A stretch of 64,000 bases of DNA from Podarcis gaigeae (Eukaryota): assembly GCA_964106915.2 (NCBI GenBank), contig OZ066921.1; one strand, given 5' to 3'. Shown here in pieces: positions 13,056 through 22,927 of this stretch (position 1 is its first letter; each line of letters starts with the position of its first letter). The notes beneath the pieces are model-generated. The model was given only the letters and a program-made list of their open reading frames with translations. It was not told the DNA's origin and ran no database searches. Both the position numbers and the translations under genes were made by a program.

Positions 13056-13227
13056 CATGTTAGGTATCAAAATATCTGATGCTGGCTCTTTTGGGATCTC
13101 TTGTGAAACTCAAGTAACATGCCAACACTTATCTGTATCAAGTTGCTACTGAAACTGTTGGCATGTTACTTGAGTTTCACAAGAGATCCCAAAAGAGCCA
13201 GTATCAGATGTTTTGATACCTAACATG
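13056..13227. repeat. Long inverted repeat: 72-bp arms, 28-nt spacer
   Basis: 13056-13127 is the reverse complement of 13156-13227 with 2 mismatches. Confidence 0.95.
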
Positions 13228-15684
13228 AATAATCCCATGACAAGCCCCACTCTCTTTCTTTAATTCACATGGGCCACAACCTACTTAGATGTTCCCCTGT
13301 ACAACCATCATTGGTTTAAATGGGACCTGTGCATTCATCCACAACTGTGCCCTTACTCAGCTCCTGTTTGTCTATATGTGGCTCAGTTGAGAGAATATCA
13401 CAGCAGACTCTGCCACAAATCAGATTTCACTCCCCTCTACCCCCGAGCGGCATCCAAAATCTGCCACCTAAAGCAGCAGCCTCTACTTGCTTCAGGGCAC
13501 TGCCCATCTGTGGGTTCCAAATAATTATTTTATTGCTTTGAATATTATGGGCACTGGAATATTTAGGCTTTCAGTTCTTCACAGAGAAGAACAGTAAAAG
13601 TAGCTTATGGCACTGCCTTCTACCATGAGGCCACTGAGTCTTCTAGCCAATGAGTCATAACTCAGTGGCAAACCACATGCTTTACAAGCAGAAGGTAGTT
13701 CTGTTACCTGAAAGGCTTTGAACTAAAGATGCTTAGATTGACCTTGGGACCTTCTGCATTCACAGTATATGCTCTGAACTCCCTCTCCCCCCCACCTTTT
13801 TTTTTAAGTTACAAGCTTCATGCAAAGGTTGGGGGTTGGAGGGGGAGAGAAAGCAGGATTAGAATTTAGATCTCTGCACTTCCTGTCAACACAGCCACAA
13901 AACAGGCTAAAACTAGGTGTTACCATTTATAATCATCATAATCATCATCTGCCATATTATGAAGGCTCAAGGGGCGGTATAAAGAAGAATTCCTGGATGC
14001 CAAGATCCAAGTTTGGGGCAAGTACTTTTTGATGAGAGTACTCCAGCAGAGATTTAAAATCACAAAATATGCAGCAAAGTAAAGTATGGAAGTATAGGTT
14101 GTTAGACCTTTAAAATATGCCTTTCTGAGTTCCAAAATTTCCCTCTTCTCCCAGCATAGGAAAAGACCACACATTTGGTAAGTTTAAAATTGGTTTACTT
14201 ACATTCTTCAAAGGTCAGGTTCATGTGCTTTTTCCATACATCAATCAGAAAAGTTGCACAGGCAGTAAGACTTAGTTTAGTTCCAAGATGGTAGAAGTTC
14301 ATAAATTATTGGTATAGGAACCCAAGAATGGCTTGTGAGAGCCATGCAGCTAATCTGGAACAACCATCTTGGCCTCTTCACATGCTGAGTTCATCCAGTA
14401 GACTGAAGAGGAACAAAGTCTTGATAGTCCCTCCCAAGATGAGTTAAGCCTGGCAGGACAGCTTACTCTGTGGTCTTAACCCCTTCATGCATTAATTAGA
14501 CTTTAAAATGTTAGTTATGTGAGGCTGCTTATCCCACATTTGACTAATCCCTAGAGTTGGGATGAGCAGAGATATACCTAGGCTCCCTTGCGCCCTTGAC
14601 AGGGAGCTATACCAGTGCACATGTACCTGGTCCCTTGCACAATTGGCAAGGAAATGTATCAGCGCCTCCGAATCTGGGTGAGACCATGGAACAGAAACTT
14701 TAAAAGTTTGCTGTTCATCATCTTTCACACTCCACCAGTGACTTCCTTTGCAACCATTGGGGTTTGGACTGTTATGTTCCACCTCTCCCCCTCCTTACTT
14801 TGCCCTCTCTTTCTAGGCAAGGGTATGGGCAGGCAAATGACAGAATTGACAGTAGCAAAGTGATGGGCTCACAGAGAGTATCTTGCCCAAGGGACCCTAA
14901 AAATCTGGAGTGACACTGGTAGCTCTGTGCCAACCTCATGGAAGTAGAGGTTAAAATGTCTTTAAATAAATAATTAGAGTCCTTGAGTTGCAATGTGACT
15001 TTCATTTGATTAATGCTAATCTCATGGTGGGACTATGGGCTCAAGCTGACATATGGCTTGCCACCTGCGGGTGCGACAGACTTCCCATCCTGAATTGGCG
15101 GGTTGCCCTGGGTGACCAGCAAAGGTTGTTGCACAGCTTCTTGCAAGGTTACTCAACAGTAAACGTGCATGGCAAATACCCTATCATCTGCATGCAGCGA
15201 TAGCCATAGTGGCAATGTTCCCCTTAGTGGGGAGAGCGCCAGTGCATTCAGGTTCTGCTTTTGGGGTTTTCACAGGCATCTGGTTGGCCACTGGGAGATG
15301 AGCTGTTGTTCTGATCCAGCAGGCTTTTTTTATGTTCTAATGTGCAATCTGGGGAAGTTTGGATTCTTACAGCAGCATCTTTTAAGAATCATGACATGAG
15401 CATCTTGCATTTAAAACGATGACATGGGTTACTAGCCCTTGAGGTTTCTATCATTCTGTATAAGTGATATGACGTAGCATGTGAATTGCTTTTTGTCTGA
15501 AATATGCTCTTCACCTACATCTCTGTGCTTGGTTCAATCTCCTTGGGCAGCATGGGAAGATGCCTGGCTGCTGTTTGGCTGAGATGTGCCTGTAGTTGTT
15601 GCACTGCTGGTGACATAGCGGTAATGGCAGGAGGGCAATAATGTATGCAGAGCACTAGATCCCAGTTATTTGTTATTGCAAGTA

Positions 15685-15926
15685 CAGTGGTACCTCGGGT
15701 TAAGTACTTAATTCGTTCTGGAGGTCCGTTTTTAACCTGAAACTGTTCTTAACCTGAAGCACCACTTTAGCTAATGGGGCCTCCTGCTGCCACCACACTG
15801 CCAGAACACGATTTCTGTTCTCATCCTGAAGCAAAGTTCTTAACCCGAGGTACTATTTCTGGGTTAGCGGAGTCTGTAACCTGAAGCATATGTAACCTGA
15901 AGTGTATGTAACCTGAGGTACCACTG
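15685..15926. mobile_element. Tc1/mariner-superfamily (Tigger/pogo-like) MITE, family A
   Basis: TIRs CAGTGGTACCTCGGGTTA / TAACCTGAGGTACCACTG with TA on both sides; 242 bp. Confidence 0.88.
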
Positions 15927-17486
15927 TACAGGTTGGCTTGCTTCTCTTTCTGGCTTTTCAGGCTTCATGAGGCATGGCCCCCACACTCCTGAGCATAACT
16001 CAACAACTTAAGGACTAGAAACTTCTTTTGTTAAAATGAAAGTGGAGATCCTTGGGGTGCTAAACCTTCTATTGATTTTCTGCACTTTGCCCCAAACAAC
16101 TGCCCTCTTTCCTTTAACCTACTGCCCTTCTATGGGCAGATAGCACACTCCTAGTACTTGCACACAAACAAAAAAATAAAGTTCTGAATAATTCTCAGGG
16201 TGGTTTAACAATCGGTCCCTCCTCCCAAGGAACTCTGGGAATTATAGCTCTGTGAGGGGAATCTATGTCTCTCAGCACCCCAGTTCCCAGGATTCCTTTG
16301 GGGAAGCCACAACTGTTCAGAGTGGTATGATACTGCTTAAAAATGCATAGTGCAGATGGGGACTGGAGGCCTTTGTCATTCTGGACCTGATTCAGCCTGT
16401 TCCCATTACGTCTGCCTAGTCCAGAGGTCATCAGAGATGAGAGCAGTTTCAGAGTTTGCTAATCAGCTTCTTGGGGGCTCCCCTGCCGGTTCCGAGGGGA
16501 ATCCCGTCTTCGTCAGCTTTGCTGTTCAAATCTTCTGGCTGTTCCTTTTCCTGCTGGTGTATTCAGAGGAGTGAGGCAGCCTACAGATGTGTTTTGATCA
16601 GACTGAACTAGGCCATCTCACTTAAAATATTAATCATTTTTCTACTTTGCGGACATCTTACTGTGTTTTCTCTGTCAGCCTTGAGTAGGTAAGTGTCTCC
16701 CAGCCAAGAATGGTCCAAGTCAGCTTTAATGGAGGGTGTCTGTGTGGGTGCAGTCAGACTAGCATCTTAACAAGAGGTCCTGACAGCAGCAAGGTCAGAA
16801 TTACTGTGTCTTCTGATACTGGCACCTATATATATTTAAAATCAGTATGGGTCACTATGAGTGCTGTCTAGTGATATAAAGAGAGTTTTTAAAGCTGATT
16901 TGTCATCTGGCTTTGAATCAATTTGACCAGACCAATTTAATTAGATTTGCCTGTTTTTCAGACTTCCCATATTTAGGAGGTTTTCTAAGATGAGCATTTG
17001 CTGACTAATTTGTAAAGTTAACCAATCCTTGTTATAACAGGTAGTCTTCAGCATTTTCTTATTCTTATTACAAGAACTCCTCTCTGACTTTAGTGTTATA
17101 TGTAAAATGCACAGAAATGCACACTTAACATGACTAAAGTCTGCAAATTTGTTTTCTCACAGTTGGGGGGGGGGGAAACAATGCAACTGTGGGGCAGAAT
17201 CCAAAACAAAATGTCTAATTATTTTGCACTAAGGAACATGGCATCCTTTCCACTTGTTCCAAAAGTACATAGAAATATCGGAAAATGTTTTTAGAAGCCA
17301 GAAAAAATAAGGAGGAAATGCATAGCAAGGAAGGGAGGAAGCCTGGTGAGATGGAACAAGGTGGCTTCAGGCTATGCTGAAGGCCCCATGAACCGAAGTA
17401 CGAGCCGTATGTGACCCTTGGGGACACAGGTTGCCCATCTGTGTTGGAGATGATACAAGCTGAGTGTTGCTTGTTTCCCTCTGCAG

Positions 17487-17658
17487 TTCTGTCCGAGGAG
17501 CCGGTGAGTGTGGCCGGCAGTAAGTGCAACACCATCTACAAAGGTTTTGCTGAGTGCCTCATCAGCCTTGGGGACAGCATGGCTCAAAGTGCACAGCAGG
17601 AGCAGCAGCCGGATGACGATAGCATCCAGGAGCAGCAGGAGCTGGACATCATCTGCAA
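17487..17658 (+). CDS. NRN1L: Neuritin-like protein, exon 2
   Basis: Acceptor tttccctctgcag. (V)LSEEPVSVAGSKCNTIYKGFAECLISLGDSMAQ...ELDIIC(K) carries the neuritin-family C..IYKGF.ECL..LGDSM motif. Phase-2 donor AA|GTGAGT. Confidence 0.95.
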
Positions 17659-17749
17659 GTGAGTACAGGATCCTTCTTCCAAATACCTGTAGATAAGAAT
17701 GCCCATAGTGGGCGTTCGACAGACAGCTGCCTTATAGAACATAATACTA

Positions 17750-17970
17750 TGGCCACATCTACACAATTCATTTAAAGCTGTATCATGCCGCCTTTAAGAG
17801 TCATGGTTCCCACCCCACCCTGCAAAGAATCCTGGGAATGGTAGTTTGCTAAGGGTGCTGAGAGTTGATAGGAGACCCTCTGTTCTCCTCTCAGAGCTAC
17901 AATTCCCAGAGTTCCCTGGGAAGAGGGATGGATTGTTAAGCCACCCTGGGAATTGTAGCTCTCTGAGGCT
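17750..17970. repeat. Interspersed lizard repeat family (aatcctgggaa...tagtttgctaagggtgctgaga)
   Basis: Recognisably similar copies near 10610, 16195-16350 (inverted), 21340, 29280-29460, 40310-40490 and 41110. Class not determined. Confidence 0.6.
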
Positions 17971-18211
17971 GGATGCCATACTGCAGCCACTTGATATCAC
18001 AGCTAGGCTATGGTGGTGGCTATATAGAACCTCTGAGGAAGAACACCAGTTACTGGGAAACAACAGCAGGAGACAACTGTTGTCCTCTTGCCCTGCTTGT
18101 GGGCTTCTCATAGGCATCTGGTTGCCTGCTGGACCAGGTAGGCCTTTGCTTTGATCCATTATGACTCTACTTCTATCCCTGCTGGATCAGACCAAAGACC
18201 CATGTAGTTCA

Positions 18212-18660
18212 CACTGGAAGAGTGGCAGATGCAGCTGATAGACTATATGCAACTGGCGGAGATGACTGGCAGAATCCGAGACCTGGGAGAAGAAAGGATT
18301 GAAGAAGATTGGAAGAAATTTAAGATTTATTTACAAAAATATTGTAATTTGGTTGAATGTTAAGAAGGATGCTTGATCATAAATAATTGGCCACCACTAA
18401 ATTAGATTGGAATTTGATGATAAGTGAGATCAAGGAAAATACAAACCTTTTGGAGAATTGTTAGACTATACTTAAATGAGTGGATATAAGATTGTAAACA
18501 AGATGATAATTTGCTTGAAAAACTTTTCAACAATGTAAGTGGGAGCAGGAGACGTGAGGAAGTCTAAACAAGTTATGAAATTCTGTTATGATATAAGCAA
18601 TGTTGTTTATTATCTATGTATTCTGTTTACAAAAAATCTTAATAAATATTTATTTAAAAA
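18212..18660 (+). mobile_element. 5'-truncated L1/Tx1-type LINE with A tail and 18-bp target-site duplication
   Basis: AAAGACCCATGTAGTTCA at 18194-18211 and 18661-18678. Internal frame LEEWQMQLIDYMQLAEMTGRIRDLGEERIEEDWKKFKIYLQKYC resembles an L1-type ORF2 C-terminus. AATAAA at 18641, then an A run. Confidence 0.85.
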
Positions 18661-19146
18661 AAAGACCCATGTAGTTCAGCATCCTGTTCCTACAGTAGCC
18701 AGCTAGATGTCCATTGGAAATACGCAAGCAGGACCACCTAATCAACATCATGGCTCAGTGGGGTTTGAACCTGGCTCCTCTCAGTCTTAGCCCGGCAGTC
18801 TAATCACTACCCCACACAGACTCTCAGTGGTTCTTAAAGATTGCTGCAGAGCGACTGTAGTCATAGAGGCAGGTCTGTAGCCATCAGCTATGTGGTTAAG
18901 CCAACAAGGTGCCCAACAGGCAGGCTGGGCTGATGAGAGTTGTCATCCAGAACACCGGGAGTCCACCAGGTTGGCAAAGGCTGCCATTCACCATTCTGGC
19001 TGGGGCTGATTGGGGTTGGAGTCCCAGCCACATCTGGAGGCCCACCACTTCCCCACCCGAGGCCTAGCTGAAGTCCTCCTGCTGCTGCTGCTTCTGCTTC
19101 TGTGGGGTGCCTTGCTTGTTCCTCATGCAGATTCCTCTTCTTGCAG

Positions 19147-19432
19147 GTCCTGGGATGACTTCCACACCTGTGCCACCCAGGTTCTGTCCAGGTGCCCTGA
19201 GGAGGCAGCGAAAATCTGGGAGTCTCTTCGGCAGGAGTCCCGGAAGATCCAGTTCCAAGGCAACCTTCACGACCTCTGCAGCTCACGGGCCCAGCTGGCC
19301 GGCAGCGGGAGGGCTTCGGATATGGATGAGACCAACAAGGAGACCTTGCGGGGGGAAGCCTGGCTGCCTCGGCCCAGCTTTGTGGGCAGCCTGACTCTTG
19401 TGGCTCTCTTGGCTTTGGTGCCCTTTGCCTAG
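19147..19432 (+). CDS. NRN1L: Neuritin-like protein, exon 3 (C-terminal GPI-anchor signal)
   Basis: Acceptor cctcttcttgcag. SWDDFHTCATQVLSRCPEEAAKIWESLRQESRKIQFQGNLHDLC is a neuritin-family motif; hydrophobic C-terminus, then TAG. The three exons total 513 nt, i.e. 170 aa plus stop. Confidence 0.95.
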
Positions 19433-19782
19433 CCAGGGAGCAGTGGGAGGCCTCCCTCCCTCCTGTCCACCACAGTGCAGACCAGTGGCCCAGCACCGCT
19501 GCCTGCCAGGGAAATTGGGATCGGGCCTGGCAGTCGGCAGCGGTGCTCAGCGTGTCCTGATGACGGAGGCACAAGGCCCACTGGGTGGAAGAGGCAGGAT
19601 GCCATGGGCTTGCCTGCCTTGTGTCTTGCCCTGCTCAAAGAGGCTGGGTTGGGCTAATGGTGCTCTTCCTGTTCCCGTGTGCCCTACTTTTACCAGCCGG
19701 CACTTTGCAGCAGCTCTAGTGCCCTGTCCTCCTGCCTACACTGCCCCTTGTGTCCGTCTCCATTGCTCCCCAGCCTCATGCT

Positions 19783-19970
19783 AGGAACATAGGAAGCTGC
19801 CTTGTACTATTGGTCCATCTAGCTCATTATTGCCCACACTGGCTGGCAGCAGCTCTCCAGGGTTTCAGCTAGGGAGTCTCCCTCAGCCCTCACTGGAGAT
19901 GCTGAGGATGGAACCTGGGACCTTCTGCATGCAAAGCAGATGCTCGCCCTCTGAGCCATGGTCCTTCCCC
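19783..19970 (-). mobile_element. tRNA-derived SINE (antisense, in the NRN1L 3' UTR; duplicated at 29663-29850)
   Basis: Reverse complement of the SINE head (gaacctgggaccttctgcatgcaaagcagatgctc...ctgagccatgg) and tail (ggaacataggaagctgcc). Confidence 0.75.
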
Positions 19971-20987
19971 ATCCTGTACCACCCAGGAAACTCTGCCTAG
20001 GGGTAATATCTCAAAGCCACCGCCTCCCTGCTTCCTTATTCCAGTAAGAAAGGCATCAGTACACCCAGCTGCTTACAGCATCCTTGCCGAGTGACTAGTG
20101 TCCCCAAGAGTGCCAAAGGTAATGTGTCTGGATGTGACATGACATCAGCACTCTTGTCCTAGCCTTCCCCCATCCTGCAGCACTCTGTGTACCTGATCGA
20201 GTGGGAGCACAGCTGTCGCCGGTGAGCTTGGACACCTTAGGGATCTATACTGGCTGCAGGTGGGTGCTACAGTATACTTATTTGGGAATTATATAATTCT
20301 CTGCCCTAGAAGTTCAAGCCCTCCAGGTTACCCTTTGCATGGATAACAGCAGTCACTTAAGTTTCATCTGCTGTCTACTTCTCTGCAGGGTTTTTGACAT
20401 CTTATGCCTCCAAAGTACAGCATTTCCCCATGGGTAGGTCATTTCCCAGCCCAGTGCCCTTCGAGACATGCTTTCCACCCACCAGGATCAGCTGGCAGGG
20501 AAGCTGGTTTGGACCTGATGATAAACGGAGCACCCTCCACCAACTCTTTTGCCAGTGAGAGGGGGTCTGTGGCAGCCTTCCTCAACCTGGTGCTCTCCAG
20601 ATATTTAGGGGTGACGATGCCATCAGCCCTGATGGGAGTTGTGGTTCAAAACAGCCGGAGGGCACCAGGTTGGGGAAGGGGTAGTAGATGCTCTTGCCAT
20701 TCACAAGGTCATATCCTGAATATACATCTGCGCTATTCTTTTCCTTGTGGAGAGGGGCTTTTTGGAGGTAGGCGTGTTTTGTCCCATTTGGCTCGAGAGC
20801 ACTTTCCTAAAGGGGGTGTCCAGGGCTGCCTTGCCTGTGCAGCCCAGTCTCAGTTCAGAGATCCCCTCTGTTCCCAGCACACAGGTATCTGTTGGCCAAG
20901 ACGTGGAACGACAAATGTGTAAGCAATGGAAGTCCTGGGCCTCCCTTTTTGCTGGTGTCAGCTGTTCAAATGTATCTATATATTTAT

Positions 20988-20993
20988 ATTAAA
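20988..20993 (+). terminator. NRN1L: Probable NRN1L poly(A) signal ATTAAA (duplicated at 30868-30873)
   Basis: ATTAAA preceded by TGTA and an AT-rich element, followed by GU-rich sequence (ttgtcctgtgtggtggctttt). Confidence 0.55.
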
Positions 20994-22299
20994 AGGCACT
21001 TTTACATTTCTCTTGCCTTGTCCTGTGTGGTGGCTTTTGCCGTTCCTGCAGGGTGCTGCTGCCGGGAGCCTTTCTGCCTGTCGTGTCTTGTGATCCAGAT
21101 CGCACTTAACTTGGAAGAAGTCAGCGTTTGGGGGTAAATGAGCTCAGAGAACCGCAACATAAGGGGACCCCATGCCTCCTGGAGTGAGAGCTGTCTTCCC
21201 TGGCCTTTTTTAAAAAATACATTTTTGTTCCAAGGATATCAAACCTCCAAAAGTTTTTATTGTTCAGGCACACCATCCTCTTTATATATGCTAGTAGCAA
21301 TCTTGCTTCTGAGTGCCAGTCCTTTATAAAGTACGCGGCTTCTTCCCAAGAATCCTGGGAACCATAGTGTACCCCTCACAGTTTGCCTGCAATTCCCAGC
21401 GCCCTTTAACAAACTCCAGTGCCTAGAGTTGTTGGAGCAAGGTGTGTGCTTTAACTCTGTGGTGTGTCTGCAGCAATGTACGCTGGATATATGCATTCTG
21501 GTGTTGGATGGGGGGAGTGGGAGGGGAGGAGAGAGGGTGTGCTAACTGGCACATGTTTCCCCCCATTAAGGGTATTAACAGCTTTGCTTGGATTTCAGCT
21601 CTGTGTTCCCAGCGCTGCTTGCCCATAATGTAATTAATCTGCCTTTTTGCTTAAAGCCTCTCCTGAGCCCTCGACACCCACCTCTGTTTCTAGCCCAATT
21701 AAGCCCTTCCACAGCATGGCTGCAGTTCTGATACATCTCCTGGCACCCTCTACGCATTTGCCGCATGCCCAGGGCATGCAGGTACAATGGCTGCTTCCAA
21801 CCTTGGGTCAAACATCCGCCGCTATGGCACAGATCTTGCTCGTTATTCAGTTTTCAAATGTCTCTTTCTTTTGTTATTTTTCTTGAATGGGCCAAATCCT
21901 AGCTGGATTGGACAGTCAGCTTCTGCTCAGGCCAGATCCTCTAAACTACTTTAATCACTTGAGGCACTGATTCTGCACGGGAAATTGTTGCTGTTTTACC
22001 CCCCTGGGCCTTTCTCCTGTGATGATACCTAAAGATGGTTGGGCTATGTTGAGGAGGTGGGAAACAGAAGTTAAACGTTATGGTTAGAATGATGAAGGAA
22101 ACCTGAGTCCACGTCAGACGCTTCCACTACTTGGTTCCTGCATTTCAGATACAGGACTGTGCACTGAAATAAAGTTCAGTAGTCAATGACAGAAGAGGAG
22201 AAAGGTATGCATGGCAGTGAATAGAGGCAAGTTTTTCTCCCTCTCCCATAACGCTAGAACTTATGGACATCAAATGAAGCTGAAGATTAAGGCAGACCA

Positions 22300-22615
22300 A
22301 AGACAGTAACAGCACATAGTTAAACTGGAAATGGCTCCTGCAGGAAGCAGCGTTGGTCACCAATGTAATTGGTGTGGGTGACTTTAAAAAAGGATTAGGC
22401 ATGTTAATGTCAATGGCTATCGGCTACTAGCCATGATGACTGTGCTTTACCTCCACTGTCGGAGGCAAGGTGCCTGTGATTGTCACAAGTGAGGAAAGTG
22501 CTGTTGCGTTTTGTCCTGCTTTGAGGTTTCCCAGAAGCCTCAGATTGGTCAGTGCAAGAGCAGGATGCAGGACAAGATGGGCCTTTGGCCTGATCCAGCA
22601 GGGCTCCTATATTCT
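22300..22615 (+). mobile_element. Old CR1 3' fragment (duplicated at about 32180-32495)
   Basis: Ends in gatgggcctttggcctgatccagcagggctcc, the CR1-type 3' end also seen in reverse elsewhere in the window. Confidence 0.55.
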
Positions 22616-22767
22616 GCTAGATAAATGGGTTGCATAATGTCAAGGCTCCAAAGCTTCATCCTTGTGCTTTCTACAATGTTGGTTGAAGGATTTTAAGAGC
22701 TGCAGTGGTTGCTGAGTTGTAGCAGGAGTGTGCCAATGCAGTGCTGTGCCCCGACACTTGTCAAGGT

Positions 22768-22927
22768 GTTCCGTGTGCTGGAAGCTGTTTAGTCACGCTG
22801 GCCACATGACCTGGAAAAACTCTGCAGACACATACTGGCTCCTTTGGCCTGAAAGCAGAGATGAGCACCATTCCCCACAGTCCAATTCAACTGGACTTAA
22901 CTGTCCAGGGATCCTTTACCTTTACCT
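22768..22927 (+). mobile_element. Sauria SINE 3' part (duplicated at 32648-32807)
   Basis: agtcacgctggccacatgacc...gagatgagcacc...ggatcctttacctttacct, with the characteristic (ACCTTT)n tail. Confidence 0.75.

Noticed and set aside
18888-19574. 228-aa minus-strand ORF
   Set aside because: Antisense shadow of GC-rich NRN1L exon 3, with no recognisable protein features.
20404-20922. 172-aa ORF, present twice (also 30284-30802)
   Set aside because: Lies in the probable NRN1L 3' UTR, overlaps a palindromic MITE and has no recognisable domain. Its repetition is only due to the tandem duplication.
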